In this document: positions 27,906 to 39,294 of the stretch, piece after piece | Numbering within the stretch: the first letter of the stretch is position 1 | Layout: every line of letters begins with the position of its first letter | Assembly (NCBI GenBank): GCA_965216755.1 | Contig: CBDCGL010000011.1 | Coordinates: 3,360,001 to 3,424,000, forward strand | Length of the DNA: 64,000 nucleotides | Direction of reading: 5' to 3' | Source: Alphaproteobacteria bacterium | Lineage (GTDB): Bacteria > Pseudomonadota > Alphaproteobacteria > UBA7887 | The notes under the pieces: generated by a model | Told to the model about the DNA's origin: nothing | The model's database searches: none | What the model saw: the letters and a program-made list of their open reading frames with translations, nothing else | Translations under genes and position numbers: made by a program

Positions 27906-29630
27906 TCAGCGCGGCGCCACTTGCCGAAAGCTCCACTTCACCGTGGCGCCGTCGGCGCCGGCGCGGCCGGTAATCATGATCTGTTCGCAGCGTCTTTGGA
28001 TTCCGCCGGCGCCGAAATAAACACTGGGGTTGACACCCAGGCTGCCACCGGCGGCGCGAAACTGCCAGCCGCCGCCGCTGGGCAAGCGCAGCAGAGCCAT
28101 TTGGCCATTCTGCGCCATGGACACCTGGACCGTGGGGTGTAGGTGAAAGCGAATTGTGAACGGCCGCCCCGGGTCGGATGGCGGCGGCTGGTCGCCGACC
28201 GGCTGCAGACTGTCTTCGCCCCGCAGGTCATGGCCTTCACTATCGATGTAGAGGCGCCGCCGATGGGTGAAGCCGAAATTGGCGACATAGCCATCATGCG
28301 CCATGTCCAGCCACACCGAGCCGTCCTGTTCATGCCGATCGCATGTGACTCGTCGGGGTTGGCGACCAATTCGCCCATCGCGGCCGAATTGACAGGAATT
28401 GGTGTCATCGATGGTCAGGGTCGAATGCGCCGCGGTCGACCGCAAGGCGTTTGCCCAAACCTCTGGCTGCCCCCAGGACGGGCCGCAATTGACGATCACC
28501 CGATCCTTGCCGACACACATTTCGAAACTCAAGGTGCCGGCATGAACATGTTCCGGAAGAGCCGCTGGCCGGCCACTGTCGACCAAAAAGCTTGTACGGC
28601 GGGCCGCGATTCGCTGATAGCCAAAATGGGGCGCATTCGACAGTGGTTTGCCCTTGGCATCGGAAATTGCCAGGGTCGCGGTGACCATGGTGGCGTCGTC
28701 TTCACCTGAGTCATTGAAATTGCCAAGCCCGCCGTCGGCGTAGCGCATCATCCGCAGCATGGGCGCGCCACGATCGATGGCGCGAATCAGCGCCTCGGGA
28801 ATCGGGTGTTTGATGACCTCCAATAGCCCGCGAATGTCGGCGAGATCAGCCAGCACGCGCCGCAAAATACGCGGCGATCGCTCCACATGTCCGCCATCGC
28901 TCAACAGCTGTTGTTCCACCTCATGTTCAACCAGGCGCAGGGTCGCCGTCAGATGCCGTTGGCGCCGCGCCAGTCCCAAGATACCGAACAATAAGCCGCG
29001 CAATGCCGCGATACGACGGGCGCCGGCCACGTCATTTTTGGCCACGCGCAACAAATGTCGCTCCTGTCGCGCCAGCGACTCCAGGAATGCCCGATGAAAC
29101 GCGTGGTCGGCACCGCCCAGGATGAAATTGGCGTTGGTGATCCACGCGGCGACTCGCCGACCAAGGATGTCGGCACGCCATATCATCGGTTGCCAGTCGC
29201 TGAATGTTGTCAGCCAGTCGGCCACCATGGCGCGGGCGTGGCGGCGCGCCGCCTCACCGCCGCTGGCCTTGAAGTCGCGGAGCCATTCGAAGGCATGAAG
29301 TTCCTCGCGCCACGCATCGGTGGCGTTGGCGGCCAGCCACGGTACGCGATTGGGTGCGACGATGGACTGGCCGGCAAATTCGTACTGACCTTGAAACAGG
29401 GCGTTGCCGTGACCGGGATCACCCGGCCACGGGTCGGGCGGCGACAGCGACACCCGTTGCGGTACGCGCCCCGCCAATGTCCAGCGATACAGTTTGCTGC
29501 GGAATACCGTGCCACGTAGCGAACGCGGCGCGCCAGAGGCAATCCGTGTCGGTTGCGGTAACGGCGCAAGACCATCGCTGGTGGTCGGTTGCGGTGTGAG
29601 CGGTTGTTCGTTGCTGTCGGGTTCAGCCAT
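27906..29630 (-). CDS. Heparinase II/III family protein (conserved alphaproteobacterial type)
   Basis: LHAFEWLRD, DGGHVERSP, HAGTLSFE, RSTAAHST, HDGY, RFHLHP; position after rsmB-rpe. Confidence 0.85.
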   Translation of the reverse strand: MAEPDSNEQPLTPQPTTSDGLAPLPQPTRIASGAPRSLRGTVFRSKLYRWTLAGRVPQRVSLSPPDPWPGDPGHGNALFQGQYEFAGQSIVAPNRVPWLAANATDAWREELHAFEWLRDFKASGGEAARRHARAMVADWLTTFSDWQPMIWRADILGRRVAAWITNANFILGGADHAFHRAFLESLARQERHLLRVAKNDVAGARRIAALRGLLFGILGLARRQRHLTATLRLVEHEVEQQLLSDGGHVERSPRILRRVLADLADIRGLLEVIKHPIPEALIRAIDRGAPMLRMMRYADGGLGNFNDSGEDDATMVTATLAISDAKGKPLSNAPHFGYQRIAARRTSFLVDSGRPAALPEHVHAGTLSFEMCVGKDRVIVNCGPSWGQPEVWANALRSTAAHSTLTIDDTNSCQFGRDGRIGRQPRRVTCDRHEQDGSVWLDMAHDGYVANFGFTHRRRLYIDSEGHDLRGEDSLQPVGDQPPPSDPGRPFTIRFHLHPTVQVSMAQNGQMALLRLPSGGGWQFRAAGGSLGVNPSVYFGAGGIQRRCEQIMITGRAGADGATVKWSFRQVAPR

Positions 29631-29638
29631 GCGCCGGC

Positions 29639-30298
29639 TCAGCCCCGCAACGCGGCAATATTGGCAGCATAGGCACTGCTGCCGCCGGCAAATGTCGCCG
29701 TTCCCGCCACCAAGACGTTGGCGCCCGCCGCGATCGCCTTGGGCGCTGTTTCCGTGGTGATGCCGCCGTCGACTTCCAAATCGATGACGCGGCCACTGCT
29801 GTTGATCATGCTGCGCACGGTGCGAATTTTCTCGACCTGGCTCTCGATAAACTGCTGGCCGCCAAAGCCGGGATTGACGGTCATCACCAAAATCAGGTCA
29901 ACCATGTCAATCACAGGCAGTATGGCATCGGCGGGTGTTCCCGGATTTAAGGATACGCCAGATTTCTTGCCCAGCGCATGGATCATTTGCAAAGTTCGGT
30001 GCAGGTGCGGTCCAGCCTCGACATGGACGGTGATGATGTCGGCGCCGGCGTCCGCGAACGCCGGGACCATTGCATCGACCGGCGCAACCATCAAATGAAC
30101 ATCAAACGGCAAGGCACTGTGGTCGCGCAACGCCGCGACGACCGCCGGTCCGATGGTCAAATTGGGCACGAAATGCCCGTCCATAATGTCGACATGAATG
30201 AGATCAGCGCCGGCCTTGGATACCGCGCGCACGTCTTCACCCAGCCGAGCAAAATCTGCCGCCAGAATCGACGGGGCAATGCGCACCGCTGATGACAT
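29639..30298 (-). CDS. rpe: Ribulose-phosphate 3-epimerase
   Basis: IAPSILAADF, HVDIMDGHFVPN, DVHLM, MTVNPGFGGQ, EVDGG. Confidence 0.96.
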   Translation of the reverse strand: MSSAVRIAPSILAADFARLGEDVRAVSKAGADLIHVDIMDGHFVPNLTIGPAVVAALRDHSALPFDVHLMVAPVDAMVPAFADAGADIITVHVEAGPHLHRTLQMIHALGKKSGVSLNPGTPADAILPVIDMVDLILVMTVNPGFGGQQFIESQVEKIRTVRSMINSSGRVIDLEVDGGITTETAPKAIAAGANVLVAGTATFAGGSSAYAANIAALRG

Positions 30299-30315
30299 TA
30301 GAAGGAAGTACCAGC

Positions 30316-31611
30316 TTACGAGATGCGCTTCAAGCGGGCCGCGTAGAAGCCGTCCATACCGCCCATTTCGGCCCAGTGGCATGGCAAAGTACGCAAACAT
30401 CCGTCGGCCGCGATCAGGCCCTTGAGACCGTCGATCTCGCCCAGCCGAATCGGGTCTCGGGCGAGTCGCGGTTCGGTCGCGCACAGGGCATCGATTTGCA
30501 TCGGGCCCTCTTCGGGCTGTAACGAGCAGGTCGTGTAAACGAGTGTGCCGCCGGGCGCCACCATCGCCGCCGCGGATCGCAACAAAACACGCTGTGTGTC
30601 GGCCAGTTGGGCGACGTCGCCGGCCGACTTGTTGTACGCGATGTCCGGGTGTCTACGAATCGTGCCGGTCGCCGTACAGGGCGCGTCAAGCAACACAAAC
30701 TTGGCTGGCCGTGTCGGCCGCCAATCCGCGATGTCGCCAATCACGATCTTGGCGTCAAGCCCCAACCGGTCGAGATTCTGCCGCAAGCGCGCGCCACGGG
30801 ACGGCGATCGATCGACCGCCACGACGTGGCCGCCGGCGGCCGCCAATTGCGCGGTCTTGCCGCCCGGCGCGGCGCACAAGTCAAGCACGGTCTCGCCCGC
30901 CGGTATGTGCAGCAAGCGCGCTGGAATGGCCGCGGCGGTGTCTTGAACCCACCAAGCACCGGCTGCAAATCCCGGCAGGTTTTCGACCTGCCCGGCATCG
31001 ACCAAACGCAAACTCCCGGTCGGCAATCGCACCGCGTCTGGAAATAACGCCGCCGCCTCGGCCGGCGCGCGCGGTGTCAAATCCATCGGTGGCTCGCGCA
31101 TGTGCTGCGTTGCGATCGCGCGCGCGTGGTCGTCGCCATACGCGGCCGACCAGGTTTGCCAAAGCCACGCCGGCGTGTTCAGCCGCGCCGCGTCTTGCGC
31201 CGCCACCCAACCGGGACCATCGTGGCTGATCCGGCGCAACACCGCGTTGACAACGCCCTTGAACCGGTCGGCACCGCGCGACGTCACCAGATCGACGGCG
31301 GTCGAGATCGCGGCGTGGGCCGGCGTATCAAGAAACAGCAATTGAGCTGCGCCCAGGCGCAACGCCGCGTGCGCGGTTCGCGCGCGGGCGGGCAGCGGTT
31401 TCGACAGGCAGTGATCGAGAACCGCATCGATTTGACCGCGCCGGCGGAGCACCGTGGTCACCAACAAGCGGGCGAACGCCCTGTCGCGTGGGCTCAGTTG
31501 GGTGAGATCACCATGGCCTGATAACGCCTCGCCCAACGCCAGGCGGCGGTGGCAAACCGCGTCGAGTACGTTCACTGCAATCCGGCGCGCGTCCGGCGTG
31601 CGCCCGTTCAT
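30316..31611 (-). CDS. rsmB: 16S rRNA m5C methyltransferase RsmB/Sun (NusB-like N-terminus)
   Basis: NAVLR, VQD, DLCAAPGGKT, LDAPCTATG, YTTCS, DGFYAARL. Confidence 0.92.
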   Translation of the reverse strand: MNGRTPDARRIAVNVLDAVCHRRLALGEALSGHGDLTQLSPRDRAFARLLVTTVLRRRGQIDAVLDHCLSKPLPARARTAHAALRLGAAQLLFLDTPAHAAISTAVDLVTSRGADRFKGVVNAVLRRISHDGPGWVAAQDAARLNTPAWLWQTWSAAYGDDHARAIATQHMREPPMDLTPRAPAEAAALFPDAVRLPTGSLRLVDAGQVENLPGFAAGAWWVQDTAAAIPARLLHIPAGETVLDLCAAPGGKTAQLAAAGGHVVAVDRSPSRGARLRQNLDRLGLDAKIVIGDIADWRPTRPAKFVLLDAPCTATGTIRRHPDIAYNKSAGDVAQLADTQRVLLRSAAAMVAPGGTLVYTTCSLQPEEGPMQIDALCATEPRLARDPIRLGEIDGLKGLIAADGCLRTLPCHWAEMGGMDGFYAARLKRIS

Positions 31612-31642
31612 GGGCGCATGTGGGTAAACACGTCAACCGCCG

Positions 31643-32497
31643 TCATCCCCACGGTCCGGCCGCGCCGGCCATCTCGCGCAAGCGGCGAATGCGGTTCTCT
31701 GTGCGCGGATGGGTCGAAAACAAGCCATCCATTTTATGCGCGTGCAGGGGGTTGATGATAAACATATGGGCGGTCGCCGGGTTGCTTTCGGCGGCGTGAT
31801 TGTCAATCCGCGCAGCGTGGCCATGGATCTTTTCCAGCGCGTTGGCCAGCCACAGCGGTTGGCCCGAGATCTCGGCCCCGATCCGATCCGCTTCATATTC
31901 CCGCGCCCGGCTGATCGCCATTTGCACCAGTGCGGCCGCCATCGGAGCCAGGATCATGACCAATATCACACCCACAATTCCCAGCGGATTGTTGCGGTTG
32001 TTGCCAAAAAACAACGCGAAGTTCGCCAGCATGGAGATCGCGCCGGCGATCGATGCCGTGATCGTCATGATCAGTGTGTCGCGATTGCGGATGTGGGCCA
32101 ATTCATGGGCCATGACCCCGGCCACTTCCTCGTCGCTGAGCCTTTTGAGTAATCCGGTGGTGGCGGCCACCGCGGCGTTGTCCGGGTTTCGGCCGGTTGC
32201 AAACGCATTGGGCTGATCATTGTCGATGATATAGACCTTGGGCACGGGCAGGCCGCCGCGCTCCGCCAACTGCGCGACTATGCCCGTCAAGCCCGGCGCG
32301 CTCTGCTGGTCGACTTGGCGCGCGCCGTACATGCGCAACACCATTTTGTCGGCGTTCCAATACGCGAAGCCGTTCATCGCCAGTGCGATGGCCAAGGCGA
32401 TCATCATGCCGGCTTCGCCGCCGAGCATGTAGCCGATGGCCAAAAACAAACCTGTCATGGCGGCCAGCAAGACGGCCGTGCGGGCATAGTTCATCAT
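31643..32497 (-). CDS. htpX: Zinc metalloprotease HtpX
   Basis: [27 protein letters not shown]. Confidence 0.95.
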   Translation of the reverse strand: MMNYARTAVLLAAMTGLFLAIGYMLGGEAGMMIALAIALAMNGFAYWNADKMVLRMYGARQVDQQSAPGLTGIVAQLAERGGLPVPKVYIIDNDQPNAFATGRNPDNAAVAATTGLLKRLSDEEVAGVMAHELAHIRNRDTLIMTITASIAGAISMLANFALFFGNNRNNPLGIVGVILVMILAPMAAALVQMAISRAREYEADRIGAEISGQPLWLANALEKIHGHAARIDNHAAESNPATAHMFIINPLHAHKMDGLFSTHPRTENRIRRLREMAGAAGPWG

Positions 32498-32635
32498 GGT
32501 GTCGTATATTGGCTCCGGTCTGACATTCTTGCGGGATCGCGCCTTTATTTGGGGCGCGGCGCACGACCAATCAACGCGCAATCGTCCGCCAAAAGTTTGG
32601 CTTGTTGTCGCGCGCCTGGCCATTATGTATGCGCC

Positions 32636-32824
32636 ATGGGACACAATCAAAGGCCCGCCCAGTCGCCGCGCCGGCCACGCCCGCAAGGGGCCGAGGACAC
32701 CGACCGCACCGCCAGTGGTGGCAAAGACGAGGCGAAATGCGAAACGGAAATCGGTGGCGTTGAGGGGCCGGATCCAACCCGCTACGGTGATTGGCAGCAC
32801 AAAGGCCGGGTGTCTGACTTCTGA
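32636..32824 (+). CDS. DUF1674 (SDHAF4-like) small protein
   Basis: C-terminal [23 protein letters not shown] signature; divergent from htpX; start uncertain. Confidence 0.85.
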   Translation: MGHNQRPAQSPRRPRPQGAEDTDRTASGGKDEAKCETEIGGVEGPDPTRYGDWQHKGRVSDF

Positions 32825-33033
32825 CCTGATCGATGGGCGCTGCCGCCCCGAACCATGGTCGCGATTTTGGCCAATCGGCGGTGAAAGTTGCGCTGGTGCC
32901 GACAAGGCTATGTAATAGCTGAATTATGTGCGGGTCACGGGGCAAGCCGGCCCGCGTCAATTTGTCATTGTGGCGCGGCAGCCGAATTGTGCGAGCGGGA
33001 GTGAAATCTGGGCCGGGTAAGTCGGCGCGGACC

Positions 33034-34233
33034 TTGTTGGTCAAGCGGACGTTGACGGCCGGCGCGATCGCGGCCGCGATTCTGCTGGGAGTTGGCGCAT
33101 GCGCCAATGGCGGGGCGGCCGGGCGGCCGGCACCGGAATCGCTGCAATCCTTGATCAGAATATCGGATGCCGGTGATCCGGCCGCGGCGACCGCCATCGG
33201 CCAAAGTTACGAAATGGGGATCGGAGTCAAGACAGATCCGGCGCGTGCCGAAACCTGGTACCGCCGCGCGGGCGCGATGGGCGATCCCTTGGGTCAGTAC
33301 CTGCTGGCGCAGCTGCTTGAGAATGGCCGCGCCGGCGCGCAAGACATCGGCGCCGCGGCATCATGGTACCTGGCGGCGGCGCGGCAGGGCCACGCGCCGT
33401 CACAAGCGGCTTTGGGGCGACTGTATGACCATGGCGCAGGCGGATTGCCGCAGGATCCGGTCAAGGCGGCGCAATGGTATGCGTTGGCCGCGTCGGCGTG
33501 GGATGCCAGCGGGCGCTATCCTCTGGGCTCGGTCTATGCCACCGGGCGGCCGACCGCATTGTCGGGCGCCGGCGCTATCGAATGGTATCGTCGGGCGGCG
33601 CGCAGGGGTATCGCCGAAGCGCAATTCGACTTGGCCCAAGCCTATGAATCCGGCGCGGGAGTCGGCCGCGATCTTGGCGCGGCGCGTGATTGGTACCGCA
33701 ATGCGGCCGCCCAAGGAGACGGGCGAGCAGCGGCGGCGCTCGTTCGTCTCGATGGGCTTGAGCTGGAGCCTGTAGCGTTCGCGGCCGAACCGTCCGATGC
33801 CGCTGAGCGTGCCGTGGCCGGTAATACCGACGCGCGGATGCCACCCGCGCCCGCGCCCGCCAACGAACTGGCGGCGCCTCCGCCCGAAGGCAACAATGCC
33901 CGGCCGATCATCAGCGATATGGCGTCAGTTTCGTCAGAAGCCTCAGCGGCCGCCGACCGCGCACCGGTCGCGGCGGCAGTCGGGCCGCGCGTCCATTTGG
34001 GATCTTTCCGCGCCCGTGCCAACGCCGCGCTTGGTTGGGGCAAATTGCTCAAAGACAACCGTGATCTTCTCGGCGCTTATGACATGATCCTCGAGGCCGT
34101 GGACTTGCCCGCAAAGGGGCCCTTTGTTCGCCTCTATGTCATCGCCGATGGGCAGGCCGCGGCCAATGGTCTGTGCGCAGATCTGGCGCAGCGTGGCCTC
34201 TATTGCCACGCCGAAACCGTGGTGTCACAGTGA
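33034..34233 (+). CDS. Sel1-repeat / SPOR-domain lipoprotein
   Basis: Lipobox VGAC; several A..WY..AA.QG Sel1 repeats; Pro/Ala linker; C-terminal VHLGSF...W..L...LC..L...G.YC SPOR domain; start uncertain. Confidence 0.82.
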   Translation: MLVKRTLTAGAIAAAILLGVGACANGGAAGRPAPESLQSLIRISDAGDPAAATAIGQSYEMGIGVKTDPARAETWYRRAGAMGDPLGQYLLAQLLENGRAGAQDIGAAASWYLAAARQGHAPSQAALGRLYDHGAGGLPQDPVKAAQWYALAASAWDASGRYPLGSVYATGRPTALSGAGAIEWYRRAARRGIAEAQFDLAQAYESGAGVGRDLGAARDWYRNAAAQGDGRAAAALVRLDGLELEPVAFAAEPSDAAERAVAGNTDARMPPAPAPANELAAPPPEGNNARPIISDMASVSSEASAAADRAPVAAAVGPRVHLGSFRARANAALGWGKLLKDNRDLLGAYDMILEAVDLPAKGPFVRLYVIADGQAAANGLCADLAQRGLYCHAETVVSQ

Positions 34234-34255
34234 TCGCCGGCGCGTTGGCGCCAGA

Positions 34256-34618
34256 CTATTCGCCACAGGCATAGACCTTGCTTTGGTCAAAAACGATACG
34301 AATATGGGCGCGTTCAATGTCGCATACGGCCAGGCACGCGGCCGTGGTCGCGTCTTCCGCCGACAGGATCCGAGAGCTGTCATAGGGCACCGGCGCTGTC
34401 TTGAAACAGCCTTCCTCACCCTCTTTTAATGTCAAACGTTCGCCGACACAGCCACCGGCGCCGCCGTCCAAATAAAACGTGATGTCGGGGTGCACCCACG
34501 CGACCTTGAAGGCATTGGTCACACAGACCTCGCCGTTGGCGCGCACCGGCCCAGCCAATACGGGACTGACGCCGGCGCACCACGCGAGCGCCGCCAGCGC
34601 CATTGTCGATCGTCGCAT
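34256..34618 (-). CDS. Small secreted Cys-rich hypothetical protein
   Basis: Signal-peptide-like N-terminus, six Cys in the mature part, starts 5 nt after the acs stop. Confidence 0.55.
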   Translation of the reverse strand: MRRSTMALAALAWCAGVSPVLAGPVRANGEVCVTNAFKVAWVHPDITFYLDGGAGGCVGERLTLKEGEEGCFKTAPVPYDSSRILSAEDATTAACLAVCDIERAHIRIVFDQSKVYACGE

Positions 34619-34623
34619 TGCGA

Positions 34624-36570
34624 CTACCGGTTCATCCGGTTTTCAACCAGATCGTCGACCACGGCGGGTTCGGCCAACGTCGACGTGTCGCCCAGTTGGT
34701 CATGTTCGTTGGCGGCGATCTTGCGCAAGATCCGGCGCATGATCTTCCCGGAGCGGGTCTTTGGCAGACCGGGCGCCCATTGGATCAGATCCGGCGTGGC
34801 GATCGGACCGATATCTTGGCGCACCCATTTGACCAGTTCCTTACGCAGCTCTTCGTTCGGCTCCTCGCCGGCAATCAGGGTGACATAGGCGTAAATGCCT
34901 TGGCCCTTGATGTCGTGCGGAAAACCGACCACGGCGGCTTCGGCCACTTTGTCGTGGGCGACCAGAGCACTTTCCACTTCTGCCGTGCCCATGCGGTGGC
35001 CCGAGACGTTGATCACGTCGTCGACCCGGCCGGTGATCCAATAATAGCCGTCTTCGTCACGACGGCAGCCATCGCCGGTGAAATACATGCCTTTATAGGT
35101 ACGGAAATACGTCATCATGAACCGTTCATGATCGCCGTACACCGTGCGCATTTGACCGGGCCATGAATCGCCAATGCAAAGATTTCCTTCGCACGCGCCG
35201 TTCAGGGCTTTGCCTTCCGCATCGACGATGACCGGACTGACACCAAAAAACGGTCGCGTCGCCGAGCCCGGCTTCAGCGCCGTCGCGCCCGGTAGCGGCG
35301 TGATCAAAATGCCACCGGTCTCGGTTTGCCACCAAGTATCGACAATCGGGCACCGGCGATCACCGACCACCTCGAAATACCACATCCACGCTTCCGGATT
35401 GATCGGCTCGCCGACGCTGCCGAGTACCCGCAGGCTATCGCGCTTGGTGCGTTTGACCGGGCCGTCGCCGTCACGCATCAACGCGCGAATGGCAGTCGGT
35501 GCGGTATAGAAAATGCTGACATTGTGTTTGTCGCATACCTGCCAGAAGCGCGATGTGTCGGGATAATTGGGCACCCCTTCGAACATCAGCGTGGTCGCGC
35601 CGTTGGCCAAGGGGCCGTACAAAATGTAACTGTGGCCGGTCACCCAGCCGACATCAGCCGTGCACCAGTAGATATCGTCCGGGTGGTAGTCGAACACATA
35701 CTGATGGGTCATGGCGGCATAGACCAAATAGCCGCCGGTGGTGTGCAAGACCCCTTTGGGTTTGCCGGTCGAACCCGACGTGTAGAGAATAAACAGCGGG
35801 TCTTCGGCGTTCATCTCTTCGGGCGGACAGTCAGTCGACGCGCTTGCGGCGGCTTCGTGGTACCACACGTCGCGATCGGCGTTCCAGCCGACATCGGCGC
35901 CGGTTCGTTGCACCACCAATACTTTTTCGACCGACGTTACTTCGGGCCGCTGCAGCGCCTGGTCGGTGTTGCTTTTCAGAGGCACTTTGCGGCCGCCGCG
36001 CAAACCTTCATCGGCGGTAATGACGATGTTTGAATCACAATCGTGAATGCGTCCGGCCAGCGCATCGGGCGAAAAGCCGCCAAACACAACCGAATGGATG
36101 GCGCCGATGCGCGTGCATGCCAACATGGCGTAAGCAACTTCGGGCACCATCGGCATGTAGATTGTGATCCGGTCGCCCTTCTTGGCGCCAACGCTCTTCA
36201 ACACATTGGCGAAGCGGCAGACATGGTCGCGCAATTCGCCATAAGTGATCTTTTCATCTTGCGACGGGTCGTCGCCTTCCCAAATGATCGCCACCCGATC
36301 CGGCGTCTTGTCCGCATGCCGGTCGACGCAATTGGCGCTGACGTTGAGCGTACCGTCGTAAAACCATTTGATCGAAACATTGTTCGGATCAAACGAGACA
36401 TCTTTGACCTTGGTAAAGGGCTTTATCCAATCAACGCGTTTGCCCTGTTCGTCCCAGAACCCCTCCGGGTCGTCGATGGACTGCTGATACATGCGCTGAT
36501 AGCCGTCTTTGTCGATCAGCGCGTGTTTGGCCACCTGTTCCGGCACCGGAAAAATATGGGTCTCGGTCAT
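34624..36570 (-). CDS. acs: Acetyl-CoA synthetase
   Basis: [36 protein letters not shown]. Confidence 0.97.
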   Translation of the reverse strand: MTETHIFPVPEQVAKHALIDKDGYQRMYQQSIDDPEGFWDEQGKRVDWIKPFTKVKDVSFDPNNVSIKWFYDGTLNVSANCVDRHADKTPDRVAIIWEGDDPSQDEKITYGELRDHVCRFANVLKSVGAKKGDRITIYMPMVPEVAYAMLACTRIGAIHSVVFGGFSPDALAGRIHDCDSNIVITADEGLRGGRKVPLKSNTDQALQRPEVTSVEKVLVVQRTGADVGWNADRDVWYHEAAASASTDCPPEEMNAEDPLFILYTSGSTGKPKGVLHTTGGYLVYAAMTHQYVFDYHPDDIYWCTADVGWVTGHSYILYGPLANGATTLMFEGVPNYPDTSRFWQVCDKHNVSIFYTAPTAIRALMRDGDGPVKRTKRDSLRVLGSVGEPINPEAWMWYFEVVGDRRCPIVDTWWQTETGGILITPLPGATALKPGSATRPFFGVSPVIVDAEGKALNGACEGNLCIGDSWPGQMRTVYGDHERFMMTYFRTYKGMYFTGDGCRRDEDGYYWITGRVDDVINVSGHRMGTAEVESALVAHDKVAEAAVVGFPHDIKGQGIYAYVTLIAGEEPNEELRKELVKWVRQDIGPIATPDLIQWAPGLPKTRSGKIMRRILRKIAANEHDQLGDTSTLAEPAVVDDLVENRMNR

Positions 36571-36657
36571 GGCGATGTTCCCCAAAATGGCTTTGTTGTG
36601 GATGGCCCTGATTATGAGGCGTCTTGTATGGCGGCGTCCACCACGCCTTGGCGGCGC

Positions 36658-36993
36658 TCACGTGCCGTGTCGAAAGATCTCGCCCTTTTCGATGACAATC
36701 GGAACCGGCGTCAGGCGCGCGCCGCGACACGGGCCCGCGAGGCAGGCGCCGTCTTCGATGCGAAAGCGCGCCCCATGATTGGCACACAGCAGCGCGCTTC
36801 GCTCGCGGGTCAGGAATCGCCCCTCGATCACGTCCAACGGCAGGTGCGCATGAGGGCAATCGTTGACATAGGCAAAGGCGCGATCGCCCTGCCGCACCAC
36901 GATCGTGCCCGGTGCCCATGGATCATTCGGATCATCGATACCGATCGCGTCACCGTCCGCCAAATCGGTGAGCGCGCACAGCCGACGTGTCAC
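36658..36993 (-). CDS. Rieske (2Fe-2S) ferredoxin
   Basis: NDCPH and CANHGARF ligand motifs, GPC; GTG start overlaps the EVE stop. Confidence 0.88.
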   Translation of the reverse strand: MTRRLCALTDLADGDAIGIDDPNDPWAPGTIVVRQGDRAFAYVNDCPHAHLPLDVIEGRFLTRERSALLCANHGARFRIEDGACLAGPCRGARLTPVPIVIEKGEIFRHGT

Positions 36994-37412
36994 GTGCGCG
37001 CAAGTCCTGCCATGTCGCACAGCAACGCCCAATGATCTTCGCTGACCGGCATCACCGACAGACGGGTATGGCGCACCAATGCCAATTCGCCGAGCCGCGG
37101 TTCTTGTTTGACCGCGGCCAGGGTGACCGGTGTCTTGACCGGGGTCACCGGCGCCACGTCCACCATGATGAAGCGGCCGCTTTCATCCGACGGATCGGGA
37201 TACGCTTCGCGCACGATCTCCATCACGCCGACGATCTGCTTTTCGTTGACCGAATGATAAAAGAACGCCCGATCCCCAGACTTCATGGCGCGCATGTTAT
37301 TCGCTGCTTGGTGATTGCGCACACCATCCCACTCCGTCCGGCCGTCGCGGACCAAATCGCCCCAGGAATAGGCGCCAGGTTCCGATTTCATCAGCCAATA
37401 GGCCATCGCCAT
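36990..37412 (-). CDS. EVE domain protein
   Basis: [29 protein letters not shown]. Confidence 0.93.
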   Translation of the reverse strand: MAMAYWLMKSEPGAYSWGDLVRDGRTEWDGVRNHQAANNMRAMKSGDRAFFYHSVNEKQIVGVMEIVREAYPDPSDESGRFIMVDVAPVTPVKTPVTLAAVKQEPRLGELALVRHTRLSVMPVSEDHWALLCDMAGLART

Positions 37413-37454
37413 TCGCTCCCCCGTGTCTGCCGGTCCATCCGGCCGCGGCCCGGC

Positions 37455-37482
37455 ACGATAGTCTACGGGACGGCCCTGTCAA
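37455..37482 (-). promoter_or_regulatory. Putative sigma70 promoter of EVE-Rieske
   Basis: TTGACA-N16-TATCGT on the minus strand. Confidence 0.45.
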
Positions 37483-37567
37483 AGCACCCATCCGTTGGGG
37501 CGAGTTGACCCCGGCCCGGCCTGTGTCTATCAAGCGGATCCACGTCTCCATCGACGAAAGCATCCGC

Positions 37568-38731
37568 GTGTCCAAATCCGGCTCAGCAACAGGCGATATT
37601 ATTGTGTTGGCCCAAGACCTGGTTCGCTGCCCTAGTGTCACGCCAGACGACGCCGGCGCGTTGGATGTGCTGGTTGCGGCGCTCGAACCGCTGGGTTTTG
37701 CTTGTCATCGCTTGCGGTTTGCGGCGCCGGGGACCGAGCCGGTCGAGAATCTTTATGCGCGATTGGGCACGGAGGCCCCGCACTTCTGCTTCGCCGGCCA
37801 TACCGACGTGGTGCCCGTCGGCGCGGCCACCGAATGGTCGACAGATCCGTTCGCGGGCGTGGTCCGTGATGGCATGCTCCATGGCCGTGGCGCCACCGAC
37901 ATGAAGGGCGCCATCGCCGCTTTTGTCGGTGCGGTCGTACGATTTCTCGATCAACGCGGCGATCGGCTGGCCGGTTCGATCAGTCTGCTGATCACCGGCG
38001 ATGAAGAGGGCCCGGCCGTCAACGGAACCCGCAAAGTGCTGGACTGGCTGAAGACGCGCGGTGAGCACATCGATTATTGCGTGGTCGGCGAGCCGACCAA
38101 TCCGACCACGCTCGGCGAAATGACCAAGATTGGCCGGCGCGGCAGCCTGAACGGCACCTTGACCGTCCATGGCAACCAGGGTCACGTCGCCTATCCGCAT
38201 TTGGCCGACAATCCGATCCCGCGTTTGGTCGCCGCCCTCGCGGCGTTGGACGCGTTGCCCCTGGACGAAGGGACCGAGCATTTCCAACCGTCCAATCTGG
38301 AGATCACGTCGGTTGATGTCGGCAACGCGGCCAGCAATGTCGTTCCCGGCAGCGCCGTCGCCCGTTTCAACGTCCGGTTTAACGATCTGCATACCGGCGC
38401 CAGCCTGGCGGACAGGTTTCGAAAGTTGTGCAGCCGGTACGCGGGCCGGCATGATCTGGACATCGCGATCTCGGGCGAAGCGTTTCTAACCCCGCCGGGA
38501 CCCTTGTCGAGCGTGGTGGTCGATGCCGTGACGGCCGTCACCGGCACTGCGCCAGAGCTCAGCACCAGCGGCGGTACATCGGATGCGCGCTTTATCAAGG
38601 ATATCTGTCCGGTGGTCGAATTTGGGCTGATCAGTCGCAGCATGCACAAGATTGATGAGTGCGTTGCGGTTGACGACATCGTCCGGCTCAGTGCGATCTA
38701 TCATGAAATCCTGTGCCGAGCTCTGCCGTGA
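37568..38731 (+). CDS. dapE: Succinyl-diaminopimelate desuccinylase
   Basis: [54 protein letters not shown]. Confidence 0.95.
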   Translation: MSKSGSATGDIIVLAQDLVRCPSVTPDDAGALDVLVAALEPLGFACHRLRFAAPGTEPVENLYARLGTEAPHFCFAGHTDVVPVGAATEWSTDPFAGVVRDGMLHGRGATDMKGAIAAFVGAVVRFLDQRGDRLAGSISLLITGDEEGPAVNGTRKVLDWLKTRGEHIDYCVVGEPTNPTTLGEMTKIGRRGSLNGTLTVHGNQGHVAYPHLADNPIPRLVAALAALDALPLDEGTEHFQPSNLEITSVDVGNAASNVVPGSAVARFNVRFNDLHTGASLADRFRKLCSRYAGRHDLDIAISGEAFLTPPGPLSSVVVDAVTAVTGTAPELSTSGGTSDARFIKDICPVVEFGLISRSMHKIDECVAVDDIVRLSAIYHEILCRALP

Positions 38732-39294
38732 TTTTGCCTGATCGGCGCGAGATCGTTTATGCCTTGTATGGGGCCTGGCGCCTGCTGCTGCTCGATGCCA
38801 GCGGCATGCGCTTTTTCAACATCACAGTCGAAGGCTTTTGGCGATCGTTTGTCGCGATCGCGCTGGTCATGCCGGTTTATGCGGCCAACAGTTTGGCCAG
38901 CTACGGCACGGTCGAAACCGACCTGTCGCCCGGCGGCTGGGTCGCTTTTCGCTCATTGCAGGTGGTCATCAGCTGGACTGTCTATGTGCTTACGATGAGC
39001 GTGGTGACACGGGTTTTGGGGCGCTTCGACAATTACGCCGGCCTGATCATCGCGATGAATTGGATGGCCGTGCCGCAATCCGTGATCTTCATGACATCGG
39101 CGATTTTGAGTCTGATTGTGCCGCGCGACGTGGCCGCATTCATAGAGTTCGTAGTGTTATGTGTGATGTTGTTCTACGACGCCTATGTCGCGCGCGTGGC
39201 CCTGGAGATCAATCTCGCTCAAGCCATCGGGGTCGCGATTATCGGCCTGCTTATCATGCTGCTGGTTTTGGGCCTGATGATCGGGCCGGCATGA
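38728..39294 (+). CDS. Conserved multi-pass membrane protein
   Basis: Several hydrophobic helices, GFWRSF and NW motifs; coupled to dapE and to the DMT gene. Confidence 0.7.
   Translation: MILPDRREIVYALYGAWRLLLLDASGMRFFNITVEGFWRSFVAIALVMPVYAANSLASYGTVETDLSPGGWVAFRSLQVVISWTVYVLTMSVVTRVLGRFDNYAGLIIAMNWMAVPQSVIFMTSAILSLIVPRDVAAFIEFVVLCVMLFYDAYVARVALEINLAQAIGVAIIGLLIMLLVLGLMIGPA

Noticed and set aside
27906-29630. Heparinase II/III gene as a glycan-island lyase
   Set aside because: It matches the conserved alphaproteobacterial gene next to rsmB/rpe, so it is probably core genome
31643-32824. htpX divergent from DUF1674
   Set aside because: Common alphaproteobacterial arrangement, not novel
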